Virus record (IMG/VR): IMGVR_UViG_3300036770_003093
Span: 32,001 to 96,000 of that record
DNA length: 64,000 nt
From: a virus
Taxonomy: Duplodnaviria; Caudoviricetes
Strand: one strand, 5' to 3'
The position numbers were made by a program, and so were the translations under genes. Below, one piece after another: positions 21,040 to 31,491 of the stretch. The notes under the pieces were generated by a model, which saw only the letters and a list, made by a program, of their open reading frames with translations, searched no databases and was not told the origin of the DNA. Every line of letters starts with the position of its first letter. The stretch's first letter is position 1.

Positions 21040-21186
21040 TTATTTGGTTTTTGGTTTAACATTTCCGCCACGTTTGTAGGCAGGTTTCTTTTTACCAGCA
21101 GCTTTAAAGCGCTGTAGTTCTTCTACGCCGGCGCCACTTTGTACACCACCGTAAGCTTTTTTCTTTAAGGGTTTAGTCTTTTTCAT
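21040..21186 (-). CDS. Small Lys-rich protein, 48 aa (not in ORF track)
   Basis: Hand translation MKKTKPLKKKAYGGVQSGAGVEELQRFKAAGKKKPAYKRGGNVKPKTK; preceded by a TATATTA motif. Confidence 0.65.
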   Translation of the reverse strand: MKKTKPLKKKAYGGVQSGAGVEELQRFKAAGKKKPAYKRGGNVKPKTK

Positions 21187-21204
21187 AAGATTAATATACA
21201 AAAA

Positions 21205-21471
21205 TTAACGATATCTTTTAGCTTTTTCGCGAGCACTTTTAGGTTGAGGTACAAACTGCTTACCTCTCTTATTACCTGCAGCTTTAGCTTTGTTTGTTGC
21301 GGCTTTCTCTCCTGCTGATAAGGAATCCCACGCGGCCTTGGGTAGATAGCGTTTCTTACCCTTGGATTTTACTTCTTTTGATGAACCACGTTTTTTGTTA
21401 GAATGTGTGCCAGAAGTCATCCATTCTTGCTTGGTCCAATCACGTAAACTTTGTTGTGGATCCTTAGCCAT
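21205..21471 (-). CDS. Basic protein, C-terminal half of a DUF5872-like family
   Basis: WTKQEWMT...RYLPKAAWDSLS...GKQFV. Confidence 0.6.
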   Translation of the reverse strand: MAKDPQQSLRDWTKQEWMTSGTHSNKKRGSSKEVKSKGKKRYLPKAAWDSLSAGEKAATNKAKAAGNKRGKQFVPQPKSAREKAKRYR

Positions 21472-21671
21472 TACTTTTTGGTTTTATAACCGCCACCAGA
21501 TTTTTTATACTCACTAGCTAATAGTTGTGCTTTGCGGGCACTCCATTCACCAGGATCACCTCCCTTAGAACCAGCTTTGATTCTATTGAAGATCGTCTTA
21601 CGTAAACCAGGCTTGGTGTAAACACCAGCCTGATTTACTTTAGACTTAGTTTTTGACTTAGAAGCAGCCAT
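21471..21671 (-). CDS. Basic protein, N-terminal half of a DUF5872-like family
   Basis: YTKPGLR...KGGDPGEWSARKAQLLASEYKKSGGGY. Confidence 0.6.
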   Translation of the reverse strand: MAASKSKTKSKVNQAGVYTKPGLRKTIFNRIKAGSKGGDPGEWSARKAQLLASEYKKSGGGYKTKK

Positions 21672-21880
21672 TACTTTTTGCGAGCAGCGCCGCCTTTTTT
21701 CATCATAGATTTCTTGGCACCACCGTACATCATTTTGCCTTTGCCATCAGCAGCAAATGCAGGTACCATTTTGCCATCTTTTTTTACCATAGGCATAGAT
21801 CCGCCTTTTTTCATCATAGGTTTTGCTTTAGCAGCTCCACCTTTTTTCATGGTATTCATTTTGGGTTTTACAGCGTTCAT
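21671..21880 (-). CDS. Met/Lys/Gly-rich protamine- or histone-tail-like protein
   Basis: MKKGG three times plus MMYGG in 69 aa. Confidence 0.65.
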   Translation of the reverse strand: MNAVKPKMNTMKKGGAAKAKPMMKKGGSMPMVKKDGKMVPAFAADGKGKMMYGGAKKSMMKKGGAARKK

Positions 21881-21898
21881 TGTATAAAGGATTAAGGG

Positions 21899-22903
21899 TT
21901 AAAGTGTCCAGTTACGCTCAACCTTCTTGGTAAGATCAAGCAGAATATCCTCATGCAACGGATTCTTTAAATACTCTACAACGTCAGCAACATTTCTTCC
22001 TAACAAAGCATTTGTTTCAGTGTGATAGATATAACCATCACCTTTGGTTAAAATGAACTTGTAGAAAGTTGAGTCTTTAACAATTGACCGGATTTTCAAA
22101 GTCTCCATGTCTAACTTAGTTGTATCCAGGAACTGATTAGCCGCGCGGGTTTTATTAGACTCAACACCTTCACCATTAATGAATCTGTCCATGGCGTCAT
22201 AGATAACGTCATTTGGAGTATTCTTTTTATAGATCTGGCTAGCTGCATCTACAACTTTAGCAACATAGAACAACTTACTGCTATTCTTATCATAAAGCTT
22301 TTGCAGTTCAGATAGTGCGCGGTTGCGTAGTTTTTTACCCTCGGTCTTAGTAACCATGGTTTCTTCTACCCTATCAAGATAAAATTTAGGTGGTACCGCG
22401 CGTGCGCGTGCGTCATCTAAACTTTTAGCAACAATAGAAAAACCTCCAGCATTAATAGCATGAAGCTTAATCCTGTCAAATGGATCACTAGGATCTAAGA
22501 ATACAGGATCGTTACCACAGCGCAACGTAATCTTGTTCCAGAAAGTTTTGTTGTTGGGTTGAAGCAGTTCAACCTTGTTCCAAAAATCTTTATCTTCTGG
22601 ATCAATAATGTTAGCTGCAAGCTCACGCTCTAGTTCAGCAACTGATGCGCGAATCTCACGAATATGAGCTTCACGAACTTCAGGGTCTAGTTTTTTGATT
22701 TCAGGAGCAAACTCGTTTAAACCGGTAAGGTAACGAGTAACACCATTCATCTCTACACAAGCTAACTGCTCTTCATGGTAAACACCATCATATAGAGTAA
22801 GCCCGTATTTTTCAAGACCTAGGTTAGAAATGTTGCCATCAAAATATGGCCTTACAGAAACAGGTGTTAGTTTCTTTGGATCTAAAGTTTCGACAATTGT
22901 CAT
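21899..22903 (-). CDS. Conserved crAss-like capsid-module protein
   Basis: 334 aa, downstream of the MCP; C-terminal LGRNVADVVEYLKNP. Confidence 0.55.
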   Translation of the reverse strand: MTIVETLDPKKLTPVSVRPYFDGNISNLGLEKYGLTLYDGVYHEEQLACVEMNGVTRYLTGLNEFAPEIKKLDPEVREAHIREIRASVAELERELAANIIDPEDKDFWNKVELLQPNNKTFWNKITLRCGNDPVFLDPSDPFDRIKLHAINAGGFSIVAKSLDDARARAVPPKFYLDRVEETMVTKTEGKKLRNRALSELQKLYDKNSSKLFYVAKVVDAASQIYKKNTPNDVIYDAMDRFINGEGVESNKTRAANQFLDTTKLDMETLKIRSIVKDSTFYKFILTKGDGYIYHTETNALLGRNVADVVEYLKNPLHEDILLDLTKKVERNWTL

Positions 22904-22925
22904 GATTTGTTGGTTTTAAAAAGGG

Positions 22926-23417
22926 TTAGTTAATTACTAAAAAGTGAATAGTCAAAGTGTTATTGAATGCATTTGTATCAATATTATAAATACGGATATC
23001 AAATGATCCAGCAGCAGGAGGACCATCAACAATAACTACAGGAATACCTGCACCAGGATGTTCTACAGTAAGAAGAATTGTACTAGTAGCAGTTACCTCG
23101 CTGTTATTCACAGTAAAGGCGGCATTGCTACCACCGGCTAGGGTACTAGAAACAGTTGTGATGCGACCAGATGCAGCATTAAGAGTAACAGCAGTTGAAA
23201 TAGCAGTTTGCTGAGTAACAGTAGAATTAGTTCCTAGAAAAGAATCATACAAATCAGAAACAAGCACATTTTTAAAGCTAGTAAACTCAATAGCCCATGT
23301 TTTGTAACCATCATCACGAGTAGAATCAGGATTACCAAACAATAGTAAGGCATTATCAGGTACAGTGGTAGAAACGATTTCGTTTGCTACTAAATATGAA
23401 AAATTAATCAGTTCCAT
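22926..23417 (-). CDS. Putative capsid decoration/fibre protein
   Basis: TAVTLNAASGRITT...FTVNNSEVTATSTILLT beta-rich motif. Confidence 0.5.
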   Translation of the reverse strand: MELINFSYLVANEIVSTTVPDNALLLFGNPDSTRDDGYKTWAIEFTSFKNVLVSDLYDSFLGTNSTVTQQTAISTAVTLNAASGRITTVSSTLAGGSNAAFTVNNSEVTATSTILLTVEHPGAGIPVVIVDGPPAAGSFDIRIYNIDTNAFNNTLTIHFLVIN

Positions 23418-23437
23418 TGTTATAAGTTTTGGTAAGT

Positions 23438-23469
23438 AAAAATGGGGAGGATTTGACTCCTCCCCATTT
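23438..23469 (-). terminator. Intrinsic terminator after the major capsid gene
   Basis: AATGGGGAGGA/TCCTCCCCATT perfect stem plus T-run. Confidence 0.8.
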
Positions 23470-23486
23470 GTTACTCAAGTTTATGA

Positions 23487-25103
23487 TTAGAATGAGCCGC
23501 CAGTGATTGGGTTACGCATAACAATCTTCAAAACTTTGGTAGGGTCTTTTACCCAGATTGCAGGCATAGTCTGAGTCATATACACACGGTAACCGTTGAA
23601 TTGACCAGAGCTTGCAAATCCTTGAGAACGTCCCATGTAATCCATGGTACCGTTTTGGTAGAACCACTTCAACTGATTATCCCAAGATAACTTCAACAAG
23701 AAGATGTTGTCATTAGTGTTATCAGTGATATCAAAGATGATGAAGCTGTAAGAAGACAAAGGATAACCATCAATGATTGGGTTTTCAATGTCGTTAGTAA
23801 ATACGTTATCAAACGCAGGGTTCAATACAAACTTCACGTTGGCCAAGAAAGGAATCACATAGCTAGTGTACGCAAATCCAAAGTTCAAGTCCATACCTTT
23901 ACCAGTGATAGCACCGATATCAGCAGCTTGAATCACCAAACCAGAGCTGATAGCTTCTTGTTTGATAGCCTCGTTGACCATACGCATACCACCCATACCA
24001 GTTTGTACAACTAGTGAACGTTGTGGATCTGGACCTTTGAATTCAACTTTACCATTGAAGAAGTTGAAGATCTCAGAGCGGAACAAGTCAAGGTTGAAGT
24101 TGTTCTTGTTGTAAACACGCTTGAAAGAGTTATCAAGCTGCTTCCATAGACCTACAGACAAACGCAAATCATCTGGACCATCTTGTTTGATACGTCCACC
24201 ATGTCCCCACATCAAGTAGGTTTCGATGTCAGTAGCAATTTTGGTCAAGTGAGCAGCTTCCATTGTGGTCAAGAAAGTGCGAGACAAATCTCCATTTTCC
24301 ATAGCACGCTTAACAGCATCTTTACCCATAGTTTTTACCATGTCTTCCAAAGACGTGATAGAAGGATCCATGCGCTTATCAAAGTTACGCCAGATCTCAG
24401 TTACAGGTACAGTACCGTCAGCATTCATACCACCTTTGATCATAAGATCAGCGCGAGAAGAAATGCTATAGTGAACGTGAGCTTCAGCACCACCTACGTA
24501 GTTGTAGAACTCACGGTATCCAGCACCGGTTTGAATATCAGAGAAACGCTCTCCATATTCTCCACGCGCAGAACCTTTACGGAATACACGGGTACCATTA
24601 GCAAGATACTTGTTGTCCAAGAACCGGTAGTTGTCATTGTTCACCAACTGCACAGTGTAGATAAATCCATCACCAATAGGCAGGATATCTTCAGCAGTGA
24701 TGTACAATTCAGCGCCGTTGTATTTGTCATAAGTGATGATATCACCATGACCAAACTCACGCTTGTTAATTTTAATCTTGAAGGTTTGACCATCAATACC
24801 TTTAGTAAGGTTGTTAGGCTCAATATCTTCAATAATGTAAGGAAGCTCAAGGCTTACTGGGGTTTGCCATTTGTACTCACCGCGAGCGTTATCAACCTGG
24901 ATAACATTCTTACCGCCAAAAGAGGACATTTGATAAAGAGGCATTTCTACTTTCTGAGCCATTGCCCAAAGGTCAACGGGGCCCATATCCATAGGTTCTG
25001 CATCTTTCAACATGTTCACTAAGTGGTAAGAATCCACGTGAGAACTGGCAGCATACTTGGTATCTCGGAGGAATATACCATTATTTAAAACTGGAGTTGC
25101 CAT
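23487..25103 (-). CDS. Major capsid protein (crAss-like)
   Basis: 538 aa; order terminase-portal-acidic protein-MCP; followed by a strong terminator. Confidence 0.8.
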   Translation of the reverse strand: MATPVLNNGIFLRDTKYAASSHVDSYHLVNMLKDAEPMDMGPVDLWAMAQKVEMPLYQMSSFGGKNVIQVDNARGEYKWQTPVSLELPYIIEDIEPNNLTKGIDGQTFKIKINKREFGHGDIITYDKYNGAELYITAEDILPIGDGFIYTVQLVNNDNYRFLDNKYLANGTRVFRKGSARGEYGERFSDIQTGAGYREFYNYVGGAEAHVHYSISSRADLMIKGGMNADGTVPVTEIWRNFDKRMDPSITSLEDMVKTMGKDAVKRAMENGDLSRTFLTTMEAAHLTKIATDIETYLMWGHGGRIKQDGPDDLRLSVGLWKQLDNSFKRVYNKNNFNLDLFRSEIFNFFNGKVEFKGPDPQRSLVVQTGMGGMRMVNEAIKQEAISSGLVIQAADIGAITGKGMDLNFGFAYTSYVIPFLANVKFVLNPAFDNVFTNDIENPIIDGYPLSSYSFIIFDITDNTNDNIFLLKLSWDNQLKWFYQNGTMDYMGRSQGFASSGQFNGYRVYMTQTMPAIWVKDPTKVLKIVMRNPITGGSF

Positions 25104-25145
25104 GTTTTGTTGTTTGATTAAGGGTTAATTATTAAGTGTTAAAAG

Positions 25146-26402
25146 TTAAAATTTGAAAATGTTTTTGTTAGCGCGTTGTATAGTTTTTCTGGATTTATTA
25201 GTTGCTGTATCACTTTCACGCTCTACTACTGCAGAACCTACTCTACGAGCTTGTTCTGTTTTTAAGGAGCGCACAGTTTGCTCAGTTGCTGCGCGATTAC
25301 CTTGAGATTTAATTTTAGTTTTAAATCCTTCAGGATCTGCTAGCAACCATAGAGCTTCAGCAATTAACTCATGATTAGGTTCAACCCACTGATACTTTTC
25401 TAAAAGGTGCCCCAACAAGTTAGTTGGTTTACCACTAATAGATGGATATCCTGGTTGTACTAATCCAGTATAAAGCATATTTTGAGTCTTACGATCAAGC
25501 TTTACACCACCAAGTTCACCTTTTTCAAGAACACCATATACACTATCTACAAATTGACCTGCGATAGCTTGTTGTTGTTCTTTTTGTTTTTCCTGCTCTG
25601 CAATGCGACGGGCAACTTCTTTTTCTCGAACAGCCTCTAGTTTAGGTTTATACTGACTAGCTTTTTGCTCAAGACGATCCATATCTTTAAATGTTGCAAT
25701 CTCGTCTTCAATCTCGTCTTGTGACATATCACCTTTTAGAGATAAATACTGGCGAACAATTATTTCCTGATCATTAGGATCAGAAGGATCAAGTTCCATT
25801 GCCTCATTAACTTGAGACAGTTGTTGCATCATACCTTTCAAATCTGTTCCACCTTTAGATATATAATCCATAAGGTATTGCATTTCTCCAGGCATAGATT
25901 GAAAAATCTGCTGAGGAATTCTTTGAGAAAGTTCTGCTTCTTTTTCTTTCATGTTAGCTTCAAAAAGCTCACGAAAGTCTTTTGCAGAATACTCATCTAA
26001 AGGCTTGTCGTCATCAAATGGAAAAAGAACACCTTCTTCAATCATTTTTGATGCAAGTTCTACAAGACCACTCTTGTCAACTTTTTTACGACCACGACCA
26101 CTAGAATCCTCTTGTTGAGAGATTAAACTATCAAGTTCATTCAATGCTTCTTCAGCATCTTCAGTGCTTAATGATTCATCATCATTTGAAGTTTCAACCT
26201 TTGCAGCAGGTTTTGCTGGTTGCGGTTTATTGTCAAGGAACGAAGTGTCTACACCTGTAGACGAAAAGATATTAGGTTTTTTCTCATCTTCCTCTTCACC
26301 TTGAACAATGATGTTCTCGGCGCCGGGAAGAGCAAACAGTTCATCAATGTTGACATCTGCTTGTGTAACCTGTGTTACCTCTTCATTTTTATTTTCTGCC
26401 AT
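25146..26402 (-). CDS. Acidic coiled-coil protein, putative scaffolding protein
   Basis: Highly acidic disordered N-terminus; lies between portal and MCP. Confidence 0.55.
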   Translation of the reverse strand: MAENKNEEVTQVTQADVNIDELFALPGAENIIVQGEEEDEKKPNIFSSTGVDTSFLDNKPQPAKPAAKVETSNDDESLSTEDAEEALNELDSLISQQEDSSGRGRKKVDKSGLVELASKMIEEGVLFPFDDDKPLDEYSAKDFRELFEANMKEKEAELSQRIPQQIFQSMPGEMQYLMDYISKGGTDLKGMMQQLSQVNEAMELDPSDPNDQEIIVRQYLSLKGDMSQDEIEDEIATFKDMDRLEQKASQYKPKLEAVREKEVARRIAEQEKQKEQQQAIAGQFVDSVYGVLEKGELGGVKLDRKTQNMLYTGLVQPGYPSISGKPTNLLGHLLEKYQWVEPNHELIAEALWLLADPEGFKTKIKSQGNRAATEQTVRSLKTEQARRVGSAVVERESDTATNKSRKTIQRANKNIFKF

Positions 26403-26510
26403 TGTTTGTTGGTTTATGTTATTAATATAGACAAATTTATTATATAAACTTTAAAAAGTTGAAATCGTTAGAGTTGTAATCAGGAAAAATAGTTTATTAT
26501 ATAGCACGCA

Positions 26511-29285
26511 CTATTTTTTCTTCTTATTTGATTCTGCTTCTTTCTCTTTTTTAATGTTCTTTAAATCATACTGATTCTTGTTTTCACGAGCAATTTGTAC
26601 CTGAGCATTTATTTTTTCTCGTTCAACTTGTAACTTTTCTCTTTGAATATTTAGTTTTTCAGCCTCTGTAAGCTTTCTATTAGTTTCTTTTTCTCGTTGA
26701 AGATTAGTTTGCTCTTGGTATTGTTCTGTTTCTCTGATTTCTTTCATGGCATCTTGATAGTCAGATTGCTCATTTTTATTAATATCCATCATAGAACCAT
26801 AGCCGGCAGCTCTAATTTCAGCAACAAGAATATCTTTTTGACGATCTTTCTCTTTTTCTGCAGCCTCATATTGTTGTTTCATCTGCTCTTCTTGTTGTTT
26901 AGCCTGTTGTGCTTGTTGAGCAAGTTGCTGTTCTTGTTGATACTGCTCTTGACGTTGAGCATTAGTTTTCTCCTCAATCTTCTTAAGAACACCAGAAACA
27001 TCTGCCATAGATTCAGCCTCAATGATTTGGCCAAGATCATATATGCTTGCGCCGGCAGTATTGTTTTGAACAGCTAGTTGTTTAATCTGATCTAAGATAG
27101 CTCTATGATTAGCTTTGGTTGTAGCATATACACCAATGTCTCTTAACAACAGATCAGTGCCATTCATCTGGAAGTTAACAATCTCGTCTTTAGAAGAGAT
27201 GTATTGTAAACGAGATGAAGGTTTAGTAGAATAGTAGTATTGTGCAATGTCCGTGCGCATCTGATGCACGCGAGGCATTAGATAGTCACAGTGTTGTATA
27301 AAGTACTGTTCTGTTTGAGCATATGACCCAACAACAGCTTGCTCAATAGCAGTAGCTGTTTGTTGACCAATTTGTTGACCCATACGTTGTGGTGTTACAC
27401 CAACTACTTCAAAAGCTTGCATCTTAAAGTAATTAGCAAGCTGGATCCTAGACATTAGTCTTTCTGTTTGAGAAAGATCTAGTTTTTGGAAGTGATTAAA
27501 GTTTAACGCATTCTCAGTATTAGTTATACTAGTATCTAAAGGTAGCATCTGAAAGTTCTTCATTGCTACATACGCCTTGGCTAGATTATTCCTACCCCAG
27601 TCTTCACCTGCAGAGTGGCGAGGTAAAGTATTTTGATCAAGTAGAATTACTGTACCAAGCTCGTCAACAAGAATATCAGCAATCTGGTTATTAACAATGT
27701 TATAACCAATTTGGAAAGGTTTCATCAAGTCGACGAGCGAAGTTGATCTAGTATTACGATCTGAGAAAACAGAACCCTCAACAGGCAACTTACAACCATA
27801 CAAGGTAGTATCACCTTTCATTTGGTAGCGTAGTCTTCCTGGACGATTCTTTTGTACACCTAGGTAAATAGGATTAATACCGCCGGGGTTATTCATTCCC
27901 CAAAAAGAAGGGTGATTGGGACCAATCTTTACACCACCCCAAACATCATTAATCCAGATCCAATCAATGTGCTCACCAAAAATTAAATTGTCTTTGTTTT
28001 TATTCTTAAACAGAGTAGTGTCATATACAGGCTTATCAGTCACAATATAATCTTCTCCAATAACAGCTGTTTCTACATTTCCTAGTTCATCAATTTTAGT
28101 TAGATGGCCTACGCGTCTTTGTGACTTCCAATATACAGTTGTTACTCTTAGTAAGTGGGCCACGCCAACATCCAAGTAATCCTCGCTCTCAGAAAGAATC
28201 CAGTTTACAATATCACCACCATTATAAATCCAGTTGTCATATACAGATGTAAACTGACGATATGCAAGACTTGGCATACTAGTATTCCACTCATGAGATT
28301 TCGTAGCATCATAGTAGGTGCCATCATTTTGATAACCTTGAATAGGATAACCTGCAGAGCGCACCGGGTAAATAGCTTCTAATGACTTAAGTTCATCCTC
28401 AGTCATCAAATAACCATATTTATCAATGACATCTGAAACAGATAACATATCTGTTTTACCTACCCAGTTACCCTGGGAGATATAACGAATATCCGGCGAC
28501 TTGTGATAGAAAGTTAAAACTGGATTCCAGAGCTCTACATCATAGTCATCTTCCATCATGTGAAAATGCCAAAACTCTCTATCTGTGATCAACATGTCAC
28601 GAAAAGCGCGTTCTTCTAACTCTTCAATTTTGAAACGCTCCATGTCATGCTGCATAAGGTGGGTAGCCCACTGTTCTGCTTGTGACTTATAGTTAGTTCT
28701 AAAGTAATCTTCAATTTCCGGTAAACTCTTTAGCTTTTCAGGTGATAGTTCTTGTTGAGCTTCTTCAGATTCAATATCCATGCCCATTTCGAGCAACTTA
28801 TTTGTAATCTTAATTTGAGCATCAGTTAAAAGATACTCTTCAACCATGGACTTCTTTTGTTCAAGAAGCTCATTATATGAATACTCGTCAATAGCTTTAA
28901 AATTGATTTTAGTGTTTCTTTTAGCAAATTCAGACACAAGAACATTAATTACATTTGGGATAATAGGATAGAACTTAAGTTCTAGTGCACTATAGTCTTC
29001 TTGTGTAAGAGTTTCAACAAGATCTGACATTTCATTGTTTTCACTAACAATATAGTCTGTCTTATCAATGATCCCCTTTGCTAATTTGTAGTTCTTCATA
29101 AGGCGCCGCGCATTACGACGCAGTTGCTTTATACCATTCCACTCTAACCAGTCAACATTCCAGGCTGCCCACTCATCAGTCTTTTCTTTGTCAGGTATAA
29201 ATTGTAAGGGTTGGGTAACACTACCTAACCTATTGTAATCTGCCTTTGCTCCATTCTTGAGCTGTAATGCATTATATATTTGCAT
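26511..29285 (-). CDS. Portal protein (crAss-like)
   Basis: 924 aa; FYPIIPNVINVLVSE motif; long C-terminal coiled coil; adjacent to terminase. Confidence 0.85.
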   Translation of the reverse strand: MQIYNALQLKNGAKADYNRLGSVTQPLQFIPDKEKTDEWAAWNVDWLEWNGIKQLRRNARRLMKNYKLAKGIIDKTDYIVSENNEMSDLVETLTQEDYSALELKFYPIIPNVINVLVSEFAKRNTKINFKAIDEYSYNELLEQKKSMVEEYLLTDAQIKITNKLLEMGMDIESEEAQQELSPEKLKSLPEIEDYFRTNYKSQAEQWATHLMQHDMERFKIEELEERAFRDMLITDREFWHFHMMEDDYDVELWNPVLTFYHKSPDIRYISQGNWVGKTDMLSVSDVIDKYGYLMTEDELKSLEAIYPVRSAGYPIQGYQNDGTYYDATKSHEWNTSMPSLAYRQFTSVYDNWIYNGGDIVNWILSESEDYLDVGVAHLLRVTTVYWKSQRRVGHLTKIDELGNVETAVIGEDYIVTDKPVYDTTLFKNKNKDNLIFGEHIDWIWINDVWGGVKIGPNHPSFWGMNNPGGINPIYLGVQKNRPGRLRYQMKGDTTLYGCKLPVEGSVFSDRNTRSTSLVDLMKPFQIGYNIVNNQIADILVDELGTVILLDQNTLPRHSAGEDWGRNNLAKAYVAMKNFQMLPLDTSITNTENALNFNHFQKLDLSQTERLMSRIQLANYFKMQAFEVVGVTPQRMGQQIGQQTATAIEQAVVGSYAQTEQYFIQHCDYLMPRVHQMRTDIAQYYYSTKPSSRLQYISSKDEIVNFQMNGTDLLLRDIGVYATTKANHRAILDQIKQLAVQNNTAGASIYDLGQIIEAESMADVSGVLKKIEEKTNAQRQEQYQQEQQLAQQAQQAKQQEEQMKQQYEAAEKEKDRQKDILVAEIRAAGYGSMMDINKNEQSDYQDAMKEIRETEQYQEQTNLQREKETNRKLTEAEKLNIQREKLQVEREKINAQVQIARENKNQYDLKNIKKEKEAESNKKKK

Positions 29286-29286
29286 C

Positions 29287-31491
29287 TTATTTAAAGTTTT
29301 TAAATGGACTCCTCTTCATACCTACTGGCAATACAGATTTGCCCATGTGTCTAAACGGACTATTATTAAATTTACTCAATTTATCTGATTTTTCCAATTT
29401 ACCGTCATCTCTAATTACACGCTTTACATATCCCCGGTTTGTTTGCTGAATTTTAGCAAATGCTACCAGGGCAGAAAAAGCAACTAATCTATCCACGTTA
29501 AGACCATCTTGATAAGCCTGCATTTCGCGCAATAGCATTATATCAGGTATACGTTCAACACCAAATTTTGTACGTACAACTTTACCATCTTCATCTATTT
29601 CCTCATCTAGCTTTTCTTGCAGATACTCAATAGCATAAGATAGAAGATGACTTTTAAATAAGGTGCCGGTATTCTTCCAACCATAATCTGCATATACAGC
29701 TTTGTTAGAAGTAATTTCTTTCAAGAAAAGTATCTGATCTTTTGGTACCAAATACTTTTGCTTACGCTTCATCATCATGTATTGAATAAATAAGCTGACG
29801 TTATTCTCTACAAGAGTCCAAGCATTATAAAATTCAATTATGTTTTCTAGGCGCTCATGAGTTTGCTTAATATCATCAAAACGGCCACACCAGGATGCAA
29901 CAATTTTATCTCCCTCTACATAACTATTTACAGTATCAGCTTCAACCTTTGTAACTTCCGTTGGAGCTTTATACACAAATATCGAGCACAACGAATCTGA
30001 CGTTGTAGTTTTTCCTTCTCCCACAGGGTCAATAGACGCGTAGTACATGCCAAAAGACGGATCCTTAACAGGGCGCTCGTATATAACCACGACACCCTCT
30101 TTATCAACCGCATTTTTAGGGACTGGAAATTCATTAATAGGGAGCTTACGAGTTTCTTTAATAACAACTTTATCATGTTCATCACGAATTAAATTAACAT
30201 ATTCAATAGAAATTTCTTTATCTAAAATACGTCTAATTTGCGCATTAACAAGATGTTGTGGAAACTTTGACTCCTTTCTATAAGCAAAAGCCTCTTCTAT
30301 ATTTCTAGGATGCTGTGATATACGCAATTGATACTTATCTGCCGGCAACTCTTTCTTCCATGTGGCAAACTGTTCTTCTAATGCTACAAGGGCTTCTTCC
30401 ACTTTTGAATTGCCATATTCGTCGATAAAGGGTGGCATTGACCACTGCTCTGGTATGAATAATCCAGATTTTCCATGGGTGCCGTCTTTATCAATAAGAT
30501 TTGATTCCACCGCGTAAATATCATTTACCTCTGGTTTTAGAATCATTTCTTTGAGAGGTTCACATTGATCAAGATCACCTACAGATCCTGCTGCTATAAA
30601 CATACCACTGGTTATAAAACCAGATTTTAGTGCAGGTCTTATATACTCAAAAGTATCATTCATCTTTGGTGCAATACCGGCTTCTTCATGAAAGAAGTAT
30701 TTACATGGACCACCTACACCATTTGTGGGATCTTTCTCAAATGACATACCTTGAATAGTACCTTTAAGACCAACCTCACTTTTTCTATTACCCTTACGCA
30801 CCTCAATCTTCTGTTGCCACATTAATGTCTTACTAGGATTGAATGGTCTATACCATGCAGTATGCTCATTCAAGAAAGCAGCATATTCATCTAGCATTTT
30901 CCAGGTACCTTTCTCATTAATGTAATCTTTAAGACTAGCACCCATTTTTAAGGTAACACCCTCTTCAAACCAAACCTGATTTATAAGCTTTGCAGAATGA
31001 AAGTATGAACTAGCAATCTGACGTTTCTTAAGAATGGCGCTGTGTTTATAATGAAGCTCTGCTAGTAACTCATAAAGGGCCATATGATACTGCGCGTCGC
31101 GAACTTTTGCAAAACCAAACAGGCTCTCTTCCTTATCGTAAATAGGTAAGAAATTAAGCCACATGTAGTAATCACGGCATACATACCATGTCTTATCACC
31201 AGAAATAACTATTATACCATTTCTGTTTTTTACTTTCTGATCATCCCAGTAGTTGACAAAATCTTTGCTTTTAATAGGCGCCTGGCAAAAATAGTTGCGT
31301 TCATTAAATATGGTTGCCTGTTCGTTAAAGATAGCAGTGTCTTCATTAAAACCATACTGACCTGGTTCTTTAAACCGGTCAAGTACAAAAGATTTAAACT
31401 CTTCACGATTACCAAATTCTGTAACTTCCCAGTTTCCATTACGCCAGGTTGGTATACGCTCATAGTATTTTACACCACTCCTACTGATCAT
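29287..31491 (-). CDS. terL: Terminase large subunit
   Basis: Walker A-like LKKRQIASS, Walker B FFHEEAG, RNase H-like ASIDPV...SD, ENN, VDR. Confidence 0.9.
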   Translation of the reverse strand: MISRSGVKYYERIPTWRNGNWEVTEFGNREEFKSFVLDRFKEPGQYGFNEDTAIFNEQATIFNERNYFCQAPIKSKDFVNYWDDQKVKNRNGIIVISGDKTWYVCRDYYMWLNFLPIYDKEESLFGFAKVRDAQYHMALYELLAELHYKHSAILKKRQIASSYFHSAKLINQVWFEEGVTLKMGASLKDYINEKGTWKMLDEYAAFLNEHTAWYRPFNPSKTLMWQQKIEVRKGNRKSEVGLKGTIQGMSFEKDPTNGVGGPCKYFFHEEAGIAPKMNDTFEYIRPALKSGFITSGMFIAAGSVGDLDQCEPLKEMILKPEVNDIYAVESNLIDKDGTHGKSGLFIPEQWSMPPFIDEYGNSKVEEALVALEEQFATWKKELPADKYQLRISQHPRNIEEAFAYRKESKFPQHLVNAQIRRILDKEISIEYVNLIRDEHDKVVIKETRKLPINEFPVPKNAVDKEGVVVIYERPVKDPSFGMYYASIDPVGEGKTTTSDSLCSIFVYKAPTEVTKVEADTVNSYVEGDKIVASWCGRFDDIKQTHERLENIIEFYNAWTLVENNVSLFIQYMMMKRKQKYLVPKDQILFLKEITSNKAVYADYGWKNTGTLFKSHLLSYAIEYLQEKLDEEIDEDGKVVRTKFGVERIPDIMLLREMQAYQDGLNVDRLVAFSALVAFAKIQQTNRGYVKRVIRDDGKLEKSDKLSKFNNSPFRHMGKSVLPVGMKRSPFKNFK

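Noticed and set aside
24183-25022. 279 aa plus-strand ORF and other antisense ORFs (for example 26697-27077, 36031-36567, 21678-21887)
   Set aside because: Shadows of well-supported minus-strand genes, with no recognisable motifs
15763-26420. AAACCAACAA upstream of several late genes as a special regulator
   Set aside because: Consistent with the A/C-rich, Shine-Dalgarno-free leaders normal in Bacteroidota
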